From: an uncultured Bacteroidales bacterium
GTDB lineage: Bacteria > Bacteroidota > Bacteroidia > Bacteroidales > BM520
Length of the DNA stretch: 64,000 bases
Reading direction: 5' to 3'
NCBI GenBank assembly: GCA_964474455.1
Contig: CAYYSU010000005.1
Location: 13,390 to 77,389 of the forward strand
Shown here: piece by piece, positions 8,372 through 18,453 of the stretch
Layout: each line of letters starts with the position of its first letter
Numbering within the stretch: the first letter of the stretch is position 1
Made by a program: the position numbers and the translations under genes
The notes under the pieces: generated by a model
What the model was told of the DNA's origin: nothing
Seen by the model: the letters and a program-made list of their open reading frames with translations, nothing else
Databases searched by the model: none

Positions 8372-9760
8372 TCAGGCTATTGGCCTGTTATCTTTCATCT
8401 CGTCAACAAAATGAGCATAGAAATGAGCTATTGTTTCAATGCCTTTGTAGAAGTTAAAGAGTGGGTAGTTTTCGTTTGGCGAATGGATAGCATCGGATTC
8501 CAAACCGAAGCCCATGAGTACAGATTTTGTTTCCAGAATATCGTTGAAACCGGCGATGATAGGTATTGATCCCCCACTGCGAACAGGAATAGGACGCTTT
8601 CCGAAGGTGTCAGTATAGGCTTTTTCTGCTGCACGGTATGCAGGAAGGTCGATAGGACAAACATAAGCCTGTCCACCATGGAGAGGTGTTACTTCCACCT
8701 TCACGCTCTTAGGTGCAATTGCCTCGAAATGCTTTTTAATCAATGTAGCGATCTTCTCGTGATTTTGATTAGGAACAAGGCGTGTAGAGACTTTAGCATA
8801 AGCCTTAGAGGGGAGTACTGTTTTTGCACCTTCTCCTGTATAACCACCCCAGATTCCACATACGTCGAATGACGGACGGATGCCGGTGCGTTCGTTGGTG
8901 CTGTATCCTGCCTCGCCCTGGAGCTCTTCCACGTCGATAGCTTTCTTATATTCTTCCATATCAAATGGCGCTTCTGCCATCAGTTTGCGCTCTTCATCAG
9001 TAACAAAAAGTACATCATCGTAAAAACCTGGGATGGTGATGTGGTTATTCTCGTCTGTCATCTGTGTGATAAGGTCGCAGAGTACGTTTATTGGGTTAGC
9101 AACGGCACCACCAAAAAGACCTGAGTGGAGGTCTCGGTTGGGGCCTGTAACCTCTACTTGTAAGTACGCAAGACCACGAAGACCGGTAGTGATAGAAGGA
9201 ATGTCAGGGGCAATCATTCCGGTGTCAGAAACCAGAATAACATCGGATTTTAGAAGCTCCTTATTATCTTCACAAAACTTATAGAGGCTGGGCGAACCAA
9301 TCTCTTCTTCACCTTCTATCATGAACTTAACGTTACATGGAAGATTGTCTGTCTTAACGAGAATTTCAAATGCTTTGGCATGCATGAAACCTTGACCTTT
9401 ATCGTCGTCAGCACCACGCGCCCAAATCTTACCATCTTTTACAACAGGCTCAAAGGGTTCTGTTTTCCATAGCTCAATAGGGTCAACGGGCATCACGTCC
9501 ATGTGACCGTACACCAGAACAGTAGGAAGAGAAGGGTCGATAATCTTCTCACCATAAGTAACAGGATTGCCTTCTGTCTCCATCACCACTGCTTTGTCTG
9601 CACCGGCTTCGAGTATCATCTTTTTCCAGTATTCAGCTGCCTTGTACATGTCGGGCTTATGCTCCGATAGCGAGCTGATAGACGGGATACGGATCAGGTC
9701 GAAGAGTTCGTCGAGGAAGCGATCTTTGTTGGCCTCAATGTAGTCATTGATAAAAGTCAT
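8372..9760 (-). CDS. M20-family dipeptidase / metallohydrolase
   Basis: Metal-ligand motifs YGHMDVMP, GADDDKG and EGEEEIGS. Length of about 460 aa is typical of M20 dipeptidases with a dimerisation lid. Confidence 0.85.
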   Translation of the reverse strand: MTFINDYIEANKDRFLDELFDLIRIPSISSLSEHKPDMYKAAEYWKKMILEAGADKAVVMETEGNPVTYGEKIIDPSLPTVLVYGHMDVMPVDPIELWKTEPFEPVVKDGKIWARGADDDKGQGFMHAKAFEILVKTDNLPCNVKFMIEGEEEIGSPSLYKFCEDNKELLKSDVILVSDTGMIAPDIPSITTGLRGLAYLQVEVTGPNRDLHSGLFGGAVANPINVLCDLITQMTDENNHITIPGFYDDVLFVTDEERKLMAEAPFDMEEYKKAIDVEELQGEAGYSTNERTGIRPSFDVCGIWGGYTGEGAKTVLPSKAYAKVSTRLVPNQNHEKIATLIKKHFEAIAPKSVKVEVTPLHGGQAYVCPIDLPAYRAAEKAYTDTFGKRPIPVRSGGSIPIIAGFNDILETKSVLMGFGLESDAIHSPNENYPLFNFYKGIETIAHFYAHFVDEMKDNRPIA

Positions 9761-9882
9761 AATGAATTGAATTTATGGGTTATTAATATGATATTTATTT
9801 TTAGCCCGTAAAGTTAATAAAATCTTAGAACCGGAATATTGAATCTGTTTAAAACTCTATCGGAGATAATACAAAGTGTTCA

Positions 9883-12579
9883 TTATCTCCCGGCGTTTTG
9901 CAATAACTCCTTTAAATCCGCATTGAAGCTGTCTGCCTGAATCAAATCTTCCAAGTACTGTATCATCCTGTAGCGCCACAGATGTGTGGGGTTACTGGGC
10001 ACATTGATGCGTTCCTTTTGTGTCTCATCCCATCGTATCTTGCCATCAATGGCCAGTAAGTCCTGAAGTGGAAAGATGGCTAAAATAGCAGGGGAGTAGA
10101 GATGTTGAACAATTATTTCGCGAGCCACCCATGGCTCACAGAAATATGGTGCAGCACCGAAATTTCCCAGTATGTTATTGAAGAAACGTTGTGTCTTACC
10201 ACGATCCTCTTCCCACCATCCTCGGATGGTTGACATATCATGTGTTGACGGACTGGCCACCGAGAGGTAGGGATAGTCTGAGGGGTGGCTAAAATCTTTT
10301 TCCGGATCCTTGGGCATACGTTGTATCTCGAGACTCAGGATGCCCAATTCATCCATCAATCCCGGAACGCTGGCAGGTACCATGCCCAGATCTTCGCCGC
10401 ACACAAGCATGTTGGTAGCGTTTACCAGAGCGGGTAGCTGCTTCATGGCATTGTTGCGCCAGAATTCATCATGACGGTGATAAAAGTAATCGTTATAGAT
10501 GTTATTTATTATATCCTTACGATAGTCGTCGAGGGCTTGGTAGCTGTATGTATAATGCAATGAGATACGAGGATGGTAGGCTTCCACTTTGGAGTGTGGG
10601 TCGCGGATAAAAAGTACCTCAGCACAAAGACTCAGCAGTCCGTCACGGATGCGTTCCCACTTCTCATCAAGAGACTCACTTTCAAATTTTCTTTTAAAAT
10701 GCTCAGCAATTTTTTGTTGACTACTGTACTCCTTCTTAAGACGGTACACCTCCCATTCAATAGGCTCCAGAAATTTGTCAATCACTTCGTCGGTGTATTC
10801 GCCAAAGACATTATTAAGGTACCACTGGTGGATGTAGGGATGTAGGAAGCGTTCGTCTTCCAGGTCGAGGCCGCGTTCGTGGAGCTCCAGACGTGTCAAT
10901 GGCATGGCAGGGTTGAAATATCCCATCAAGCCCTGTGTTGATTCCATGGGTATTTCCCAGATACGAAAGAATCCCAGGATGTGATCGATGCGGTATGCAT
11001 CGAAGTATTCTGCCATTTTACGGAGGCGTTTTTTCCACCAGGCGAAGTTGTTTTTTGCCATCTCATCCCATTTATAAGTGGGAAAACCCCAGTTCTGTCC
11101 GGCAACGGCAAAGTCATCCGGCGGCGCTCCCGCTTGGCCTTTGAGGTTGAAAAGCTTTGGATCTGTCCACGCATCAACGCTGTCACGAGAAATTCCAATA
11201 GGGATATCTCCCTTCATAGCTACGCCCTTATTATGAGCATAATCCACAGCATCTTTTAACTGTATATGCAAATGGTACTGAATGAAATAATGAACAGCCA
11301 CATCGTCATAATCCTGTGACAGTGGATCTGCAAAAGCTTCAACGGCTTTTTTGTTATAGATGCTGTGTGAATCCCAAAGCCTGAAATCAGCTGTTTGATA
11401 GCGGTCGCGAAGGCAGGAGAAGACAGCATATGGCACCAGCCAATCCCGGTTATCGGAAAAGAACTTTTTGAATCTTACACTTTTTAGGAACTTGGATTTG
11501 TTCAGATCATAGAAATATTTGTAATACTTCGATTTAATCTCCATCATACGGGTATAGTCAACCGACTCGTTTGAATTGAGTTCCTCTTTAAGTGCTTTGT
11601 ATTGCTTTTTGTCATTCTCAGTTTTAAAATCACCCAGCATTTCGATGTGGAGGTACATTGGATGTAGTGCAATAACGGAGATTGCTTTGTATGGGTACGA
11701 GTCGAGCCAGGAGTGTGAGGCAACGGTTTCATTTATGGGAAGGATCTGTATCATCTTCATCCCGGTTTTTTCGCACCAGTCGGCCATAGCTTTCAGATCG
11801 TTGAATTCTCCAACGCCGAAGCCATTTTTACTGCGCAGGGAAAATACTGGTATTGCTACACCGGCGCCTTTCCAGTTGTGACCGCAGCGGAACGGTGTGT
11901 CGTTGATCATAAAATACTGTGATTTATCCAGCTTTGTGAGGTTGGGGATAGTACGATCGCTACCCACTTCCCAACGCTCAATAAAATTATCCATTTTATG
12001 GTATAGACAATATTTGTATTGTAGAGGTTCTTCTATCTTTGAAAGGTCTATCTCTGCTTTCCAGATGCCGTTTCCGGCTGCTTTCATCAACAGTGGTGCA
12101 GATTGATTCCAGTTGCCGAGTTTTTTTTGGTTTCCGGCTATTGCCACAACATACCCATCCTGAACCACAGGTGCCATCACAGAGAGAAGTAGTGTTCCTG
12201 GTTTTGATTTGATGGTTGTTTCTTTTGCCTTTCGTGAGATGACATTGGTGAACAGTGCTGACTCCATGATGCCATTGATATCGCGTGGGCGCCAAAAATC
12301 ACGTATTCGTATCTCCCCGGCATCGCTGTCGCTGAAGTGCAGGCATCTCATCTCCCCGGCTTCGGGAATGTGGTAGCCGGGTTTTTCAAAATGATATCGA
12401 TAGTGTAGATTGCAGCTTTTGCCACGAGTGTTATATGATGCTGACCACTCGCCGTTGTCGCTGTATGTCATGGGAATGCGATGTTTTTCCTTGCTGCTGT
12501 CGAGGGTGGCATCGAGGATCTCCACCTCAAGGTGTTCTCCCCATTCTGTACAATAGTTGATATGGAAATATAGTCTCAT
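9883..12579 (-). CDS. malQ: 4-alpha-glucanotransferase (GH77 amylomaltase) with N-terminal CBM20-like starch-binding modules
   Basis: GH77 catalytic motifs YRIDHILGFFRIWEIP, CGEDLGMVP and STHDMSTIRGWW. Two N-terminal beta-sandwich-like modules carry CBM20-type motifs (EWGEHLEV..., IAGNQKKLGNWN...GIWKAEIDL). Confidence 0.9.
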   Translation of the reverse strand: MRLYFHINYCTEWGEHLEVEILDATLDSSKEKHRIPMTYSDNGEWSASYNTRGKSCNLHYRYHFEKPGYHIPEAGEMRCLHFSDSDAGEIRIRDFWRPRDINGIMESALFTNVISRKAKETTIKSKPGTLLLSVMAPVVQDGYVVAIAGNQKKLGNWNQSAPLLMKAAGNGIWKAEIDLSKIEEPLQYKYCLYHKMDNFIERWEVGSDRTIPNLTKLDKSQYFMINDTPFRCGHNWKGAGVAIPVFSLRSKNGFGVGEFNDLKAMADWCEKTGMKMIQILPINETVASHSWLDSYPYKAISVIALHPMYLHIEMLGDFKTENDKKQYKALKEELNSNESVDYTRMMEIKSKYYKYFYDLNKSKFLKSVRFKKFFSDNRDWLVPYAVFSCLRDRYQTADFRLWDSHSIYNKKAVEAFADPLSQDYDDVAVHYFIQYHLHIQLKDAVDYAHNKGVAMKGDIPIGISRDSVDAWTDPKLFNLKGQAGAPPDDFAVAGQNWGFPTYKWDEMAKNNFAWWKKRLRKMAEYFDAYRIDHILGFFRIWEIPMESTQGLMGYFNPAMPLTRLELHERGLDLEDERFLHPYIHQWYLNNVFGEYTDEVIDKFLEPIEWEVYRLKKEYSSQQKIAEHFKRKFESESLDEKWERIRDGLLSLCAEVLFIRDPHSKVEAYHPRISLHYTYSYQALDDYRKDIINNIYNDYFYHRHDEFWRNNAMKQLPALVNATNMLVCGEDLGMVPASVPGLMDELGILSLEIQRMPKDPEKDFSHPSDYPYLSVASPSTHDMSTIRGWWEEDRGKTQRFFNNILGNFGAAPYFCEPWVAREIIVQHLYSPAILAIFPLQDLLAIDGKIRWDETQKERINVPSNPTHLWRYRMIQYLEDLIQADSFNADLKELLQNAGR

Positions 12580-12716
12580 AACGTTGTTTTTTTTATCTGT
12601 CCTAAAGAATTAATTGTTCTTTCTTATAGGTATAAAGGTAATGAAAATTTTTAAATGCAGACTGACTTCAACATTGTGAGTAGAGGCGTTTTTTTAATCC
12701 CATGCTAAAATTGTCA

Positions 12717-15700
12717 CTACATCTCCACAACGGCAATTCGCTGTTTCCCATCCATCTTAATTTGCAAGGGTTTCCTGAACCTTACATGGTTGAAAAACTC
12801 CCTCTTCTCAATAATACGTTGTTTGTCTAAAGTATCCCATTTGATGTAGCTTTCACTCAGTTCCTGCTCGATACTAAAATAACCTACTTGCATGGTTGTC
12901 AGGTTGTGGAAGAAGTGTGAGCCCGAAGACGCGTCGAGAGGATATGCCTCTAACGATGTTTCCACAATAACTTTAGCGTTACTGATATTTGGCCAATCTA
13001 CAGGTATACCTAGATCTCTGTCGCGAGTGCCCCAGCGCCCCGGACCTATTAGTATATATTGCCGACCTTCAGCAACCATCTTGTCATTCAAGACGTTGAT
13101 CTCTTCTGCCATCTCCGGCGTTCTCGATTTGTCAAAACGCTCGATATCAATGTATATCACGTCAGTGATGTGATCGATCTTTCCGTTGCCCATAGCTTTT
13201 TCTGTGAAGAGGAGCGACTTCTCTTCATCTATATCTGCGCGATTAAACTCGTAATCATTGCTAATGCCTAGAAGAGGTTTTATCTGTAGTAGATAGAATG
13301 ATGATTTATAGTCGGAATCTTTAGTGAGATCTACAGCAAATTCTATTTCCACAGGAGTGCCCAGTGCTTCTTCCACCAAATTTAGTAACACTTCGACGGT
13401 TTTTGCCAATGGTATATAGTTGTATTTCAGAATATCATCAAAATTCAGAATACGTGCTCCTGGATGTTGTAACCCAGAGATGATGCGCTTGCTTTCAGCA
13501 TCGTAAACTGATGCCAGGTGATTCAACGTTCCATGTCGTTCGGCATCCATAATGCCCATTCGCTTCAATCCGCATGTATCTCCTTCTGGCAGATTAATGT
13601 CGCTGTTTTTTAAATCCAGTGCAAAAAACTCTGTTTGTGAATTCTTGTTTTGATCTTTTGGGCTCCTGGGTTCTATGTCGGGATATTTAGGACTGAAACG
13701 ATAGCTTTTTCCGCCATCCATAACGTACTTTCCACATCCCAGTGCAATGATGGCAAAACCTTCCTCGGGTTTCATTTCACACACAGGGTAGTAGTTGTAC
13801 GACTGCGCAACGCCTGAAATATGTGGATAGAATACGTCTTCGAATTTATTTCCTACAAATTCCTGAATCACAACTGCCATTTTTTCCTTTTCAATATTGT
13901 ATTTTACACTTTTAGCATACTGTCGTGCCACATCAGAATATACTGAAGCGTAAACTAGTTTTACGGCATCCATAAGTTGTTGCAGACGTACATTATGGTC
14001 AGGATGATTGTTAGGGATGAAGAGAGTCTCAAATATTCCTGCAAAGGGCTGCGTCACGGAGTCTTCAAAGAGTCCGGATGAACGCACTACCAGTGGCGCG
14101 TTGATTTTCTTGAGAATATTTTTCAGTTTAGGTATTAGTGTTTTACTTAGGTTTCCCTCCAGGAACAGTTTTTTTACCTTTCCATAATCTCTTTCATGCA
14201 TTACCCGTTCTGCGAGATCATTTCTGTTAAGGAAAAGTTCAAACTCATCCACCCCGATGATGAAGGTCTTGGGCATCCTGATATTGATGTGAGGGATAAG
14301 GTGTGAGAAATCCAGATTATTGATAAGTGTATTAATAAATGCCAAACCATAACCTTTGCCACCCGGCGAACCTTCCGCCAAACTGATGATATTTGTTTCG
14401 TCAATGGTGGCGTCCTCACTAAAAGGAATGACCATGCCTTTATCCTGTGTATTACGGAATTTATGAATCACATCAATAAGGAAGGATCGAATTTCTGCCG
14501 GGCTTTCAAAGTCTGTAACCTTTTGAGAGTTAAGGATTTTTGCTGTCTGTATTTCACCTCGCGCCATGAGCCACATGGAGAAGTGATTTTTGTTAGCATG
14601 ATACATCAACGTTTCATCAGAAATACGTTTTAACTGTATCCCGAACTCCCTGAGTGTCTTGGCAACACCAATCTGACGACCGGTGTGATCACGATATACG
14701 AAATCCCCAAATCCTAGGTAGGTAGTAATAAAACTTTTTAATTCTCGTTTAAGGGTGTTAGAACTTTTATCAATAAAATAAGCCTGAATAGTCTCTGCAA
14801 TTTTTGCATCATTATGATCTGATGATTGAATTACTATGGGCAGATCGCTTTTTATGCGTTTGGCATAATTGACCAAACGAAATCCGGCATGTTCATCCAC
14901 ATCACCACTGTATTTAAACTCCACATCAGAAAACAAACATAAAAGATAATCTTTATAGATATTGATGAAAGACCTGGCTTCTTCATAGTTGGTGACGAGA
15001 AGAATTTTTGGACGGGCACGAAGTCTTATAGCTTTGTATAACTCATCATTGCTGACATCATCTATCAGTAAGCGAGTCTGTCGCATTACCACATCATATA
15101 GCAATGGTAAATAACGCGAATAGTATGTAGGATTATCCTCCACAAGAAGCATTACCCGAACGAGGCCGATACGTGTGTCATTATCCACATTCATCCTATC
15201 CTCCACGTGCTTTATCATGGCAAAGAAGATATTTGGCTCACCATTCCATATAAAGACCTTATCAATGTTTTGTGTGATTAATGGTGTTTCTTTTATTAAT
15301 GGTAGATCTTTACTGTTTTTAAGCAGAAGGTAAACGGGAATATAGGTATATTTTGTTTTTATATATTTAGAGATTTCCTGCAACCTGTAATTTTCCGCAC
15401 CCATCATAATAATAACAAGATCAAAGTGTCTCTTTTCCATTTCATCCTTCGCCTCTTTCAGGGTTGACACAGCTGTTATTCTGGGTATGTAAGCCAGATT
15501 CCAGGTGTTGTAATCTCCCAAAACATATTCTGAAAATCGACCCTCCTTGCCAATGCTATAGGCATCATATAGTGTCGATACTAAAAGTATCTCTTTCACT
15601 TTGAACGCCATAAGGTCATGATAAATATCATGATCGTAATTGTTCTTATTGAGAAATTGTTGAAGTAGGTTTTTTGGTGATTCTTCCTGCTCCGGCACTG

Positions 15701-15752
15701 ATTTGTCGGGGAGGTTATCATGCTCTTTTCCGGATATATGATAATTAGGCAT
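12717..15752 (-). CDS. Pseudo-REC + REC + PEP/pyruvate-binding (PPDK_N-type ATP-grasp) multidomain protein, paralog A
   Basis: Receiver signature: LLVEDN, acceptor Asp in LFSDVEF, Ser in VIQSS, Lys in FIDKSS. ATP-grasp motifs: GGKGYGLAFI, VVRSSGLFEDS..QPFAGIF, EKMAVVIQEF. Conserved C-terminal block: ILIGPGRWGTRD...GSHFFHNLT. The ATG at 15752 is preferred over the TTG at 15797. Confidence 0.8.
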   Translation of the reverse strand: MPNYHISGKEHDNLPDKSVPEQEESPKNLLQQFLNKNNYDHDIYHDLMAFKVKEILLVSTLYDAYSIGKEGRFSEYVLGDYNTWNLAYIPRITAVSTLKEAKDEMEKRHFDLVIIMMGAENYRLQEISKYIKTKYTYIPVYLLLKNSKDLPLIKETPLITQNIDKVFIWNGEPNIFFAMIKHVEDRMNVDNDTRIGLVRVMLLVEDNPTYYSRYLPLLYDVVMRQTRLLIDDVSNDELYKAIRLRARPKILLVTNYEEARSFINIYKDYLLCLFSDVEFKYSGDVDEHAGFRLVNYAKRIKSDLPIVIQSSDHNDAKIAETIQAYFIDKSSNTLKRELKSFITTYLGFGDFVYRDHTGRQIGVAKTLREFGIQLKRISDETLMYHANKNHFSMWLMARGEIQTAKILNSQKVTDFESPAEIRSFLIDVIHKFRNTQDKGMVIPFSEDATIDETNIISLAEGSPGGKGYGLAFINTLINNLDFSHLIPHINIRMPKTFIIGVDEFELFLNRNDLAERVMHERDYGKVKKLFLEGNLSKTLIPKLKNILKKINAPLVVRSSGLFEDSVTQPFAGIFETLFIPNNHPDHNVRLQQLMDAVKLVYASVYSDVARQYAKSVKYNIEKEKMAVVIQEFVGNKFEDVFYPHISGVAQSYNYYPVCEMKPEEGFAIIALGCGKYVMDGGKSYRFSPKYPDIEPRSPKDQNKNSQTEFFALDLKNSDINLPEGDTCGLKRMGIMDAERHGTLNHLASVYDAESKRIISGLQHPGARILNFDDILKYNYIPLAKTVEVLLNLVEEALGTPVEIEFAVDLTKDSDYKSSFYLLQIKPLLGISNDYEFNRADIDEEKSLLFTEKAMGNGKIDHITDVIYIDIERFDKSRTPEMAEEINVLNDKMVAEGRQYILIGPGRWGTRDRDLGIPVDWPNISNAKVIVETSLEAYPLDASSGSHFFHNLTTMQVGYFSIEQELSESYIKWDTLDKQRIIEKREFFNHVRFRKPLQIKMDGKQRIAVVEM

Positions 15753-15974
15753 ATACGTTATATTTTCTATGCCACAAGATACGAAAAAAGAATCCAAACT
15801 ATAGCATGATTTTTTTTCTTAGTACCAAATCTATAATTCTCCTAAATTCTTATGGTATAGATAACAAAAACACCAAAAAGGTAAAATTATGCCTTATTGT
15901 TGCTGATTACCATTAGAATGTTTCTATTGATATTCAATGGAAAGAGGGTATTTTTAATCTGCTCTTTTTACCTT

Positions 15975-16997
15975 TTATGAGATGCTCGTAAGGGATGACT
16001 TAAAGGCATCTATCAGCTTTTGTTTTGTTGCCCATGAGGTAACAAGCCTTACAGAGGAGTGGCTCTCATCAATCCTGCTCCAGATATAGAACGCAAACTC
16101 TTTTTCCAGCTCCGTTATCACCCTATCTGGAAAAATTACGAAGAGCTGATTGGACTCCGGCTCATTGAGGAATGAGTATCCACAATTCCGGATAATTGTG
16201 GTAAGTTTTGCTGCCATTTCATTGGCGTGAGAGGCATTGTGCAGAAATAAATCATTGCGGAACAGCTCGCGAAACTGGATGCCTGTCAATCGGCCTTTGG
16301 CCAGCAATGCCCCACGCTGTTTCATATTAAAACGGAAGTTCTCTTTCAGGGATTCATTATTGATGATGATGGCTTCGCCGATGAGCGCACCATTTTTTGT
16401 GCCACCAACATAGAAGATATCTGTGTATTTGGTCATATCTTCCGGTTTCAGTGCTTTCCTTGATGTTAATGCTACTCCCAGTCTGGCGCCATCCAGATAG
16501 AGATAAAATCCCAGTTCATCACACACACTTTTTATCGCTTTGATCTCCTCACCGGAATATACTGTTCCCAGCTCCGTAGAGTTGCTGATGAAAACCATAC
16601 GCGGAAGTACCATGTGCTCATCGGTGTGTTGTGATACCACCTGTTTTATTCCTTCAGGAGATATCTTGCCATCGCTACTTTTTACGGTGCTTATGCGATG
16701 ACCTGTGGCTTCAATAGCTCCCGCTTCATGGATAAAAATATGACCTGTATCGGCTGCTATCACCGACTCCCAAGGCTTTAGCATGGATGCTATGGAAAGC
16801 AGGTTTGCCTGTGTGCCTCCGGAAACAAAATGTATGTCAGAGTTTTTACATTTGAAAAAATGCTTTAACAAACTCTCCGCCTCCAGTGAATAACGATCCT
16901 CACCATATCCCTCTTCCTGGCTGTTGTTAGTCTCTATAAGAGCTTTCAGAATTTTTGAATGCGCCCCTTCGCTATAATCGTTCTTTAGACTGTACAT
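15975..16997 (-). CDS. ltaE: Low-specificity threonine aldolase / beta-eliminating lyase family (PLP-dependent)
   Basis: N-terminal NDYSEGAHSKIL...GYGEDRY, then SGGTQANL, and a PLP-lysine context VGGTKNGAL. Length is 340 aa. Confidence 0.78.
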   Translation of the reverse strand: MYSLKNDYSEGAHSKILKALIETNNSQEEGYGEDRYSLEAESLLKHFFKCKNSDIHFVSGGTQANLLSIASMLKPWESVIAADTGHIFIHEAGAIEATGHRISTVKSSDGKISPEGIKQVVSQHTDEHMVLPRMVFISNSTELGTVYSGEEIKAIKSVCDELGFYLYLDGARLGVALTSRKALKPEDMTKYTDIFYVGGTKNGALIGEAIIINNESLKENFRFNMKQRGALLAKGRLTGIQFRELFRNDLFLHNASHANEMAAKLTTIIRNCGYSFLNEPESNQLFVIFPDRVITELEKEFAFYIWSRIDESHSSVRLVTSWATKQKLIDAFKSSLTSIS

Positions 16998-17145
16998 GAT
17001 TTGTTTTTTACAAAAATAGTTATTACAGGTTAATGTTTTGCAATTCTAAGCTAATGATAAGATAAAAAGTGCTTCCTTTTCCAGTTTTTATGAAGGGAAA
17101 TGTGTAGCTATTCGGTATTAATGGAGAAAAATATATAGTTTATTA

Positions 17146-18447
17146 TTACTGACAGGATCTGTTACGTCTTGCTTTGTATTTAACAACGTATGGACTGCTC
17201 TCCAACCAGAAGATACTATTCCAGAAGGCAAAGGTTACTATGCCTAATCGTCGCTCCAGAATAGACTCGAAGAACATGTGCATACATATTATTATTATAA
17301 ATGAGAGATAGATGTAATTCTTGTTTCGTATTGCGAGCCAGCCGGAAACTGATATTAGCAAAATGAGTATAATTAAACCGGGAAGACCCAGTTCAAGCCA
17401 TGTCTGGATATATTGATTGTGTGGATTTCTGTACCCATACTCCAGACCATGTTTTTCATAAGACTCTTTAAGATCATCCTGCACATTTCCCGGCCCTACA
17501 CCAATGTATGGGTTATCCAAAATAAGATCCACAGCAGCCTGCCATCCTAACAACCTGGAATTAGTACTTGTATATTTGCTCTCATCGGTCTGGTTTTCGG
17601 AAGTTAGTTCCGTTAAAGAATCTGACAGATAAATAAACCGATTTGCCGTAAAAGAAAATAATATTGGAATTATGAGTATCGATACAAAGGTTAATAAAAG
17701 CAGTGTGATTCCTTTGTAATATAGTTTTCTGTAGAAGGCTCTTAAGGTATAGAGTAGTAAAATAACTGTTTGTATTATAATGCCTGCCTTAGAAGAGAGT
17801 AAGGTGTTGAATATTAATAACCATGTGATACCAATGAATATAATAACAGCTATGGGGCCTGTATATCGGAAAACCTTCATATACGTTCTGCCATCCAATA
17901 ATATTGCTATGGCAAAAACAACAAAAATTGACATATATGAAGGATGAATACCGTCGCCAAGATTAATGTAATAGAATTCTGTGTTATCACCTGTTTTGAA
18001 AAACCTTATGCCAGCTAACAAAAAGAGAAGTAATGTGGAAATTACAGTACCTGCAACAGAGATGTTGAGGATAGTGTTTATCTGCCGGGAGTAATCCTTC
18101 CCGGAAGATAGCATTGTGAGCATTAAGGGGAATACGAGAATTGCCGTGAACTGATCCATCTGAGAATAGACAGCATCTTTATTATTAGCAGTAAAAAGAT
18201 GGAAAAATGTAAGAATAAACAGTGAAATCCCCAGGATTGTAATTGTGCGCATTTCATTGCGTCGCTGGTTAAGTTGCTTCCTGTTTAAAGCAGTATATGT
18301 AATAAATATCGCTAATACAACATAGGTAAGGACATCACTGACAGAGCTAAAAAGAGGAATAAAAAATGCTATAGCCGCAAAAACAGGAAACAGATATTTC
18401 TCCGGTGTATTTTTGATTTTAAATAGAACTTTCTCCGCCCTTGACAT
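17146..18447 (-). CDS. O-antigen ligase / polymerase-like (Wzy_C family) polytopic membrane protein
   Basis: About 10-12 hydrophobic helices. A large loop carries RLLGWQAAVDLILDNPYIGVGPGN and the NPHNQYIQTWLELGLPG motif (conserved His plus E-x-G) typical of the Wzy_C/WaaL domain. Confidence 0.7.
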   Translation of the reverse strand: MSRAEKVLFKIKNTPEKYLFPVFAAIAFFIPLFSSVSDVLTYVVLAIFITYTALNRKQLNQRRNEMRTITILGISLFILTFFHLFTANNKDAVYSQMDQFTAILVFPLMLTMLSSGKDYSRQINTILNISVAGTVISTLLLFLLAGIRFFKTGDNTEFYYINLGDGIHPSYMSIFVVFAIAILLDGRTYMKVFRYTGPIAVIIFIGITWLLIFNTLLSSKAGIIIQTVILLLYTLRAFYRKLYYKGITLLLLTFVSILIIPILFSFTANRFIYLSDSLTELTSENQTDESKYTSTNSRLLGWQAAVDLILDNPYIGVGPGNVQDDLKESYEKHGLEYGYRNPHNQYIQTWLELGLPGLIILILLISVSGWLAIRNKNYIYLSFIIIICMHMFFESILERRLGIVTFAFWNSIFWLESSPYVVKYKARRNRSCQ

Positions 18448-18453
18448 TAAAAT

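Noticed and set aside
8300-8569. 89-aa plus-strand ORF starting in the hairpin region and running into the 3' end of the dipeptidase gene
   Set aside because: It begins inside terminator structures and overlaps a well-supported gene on the opposite strand. It has no motifs.
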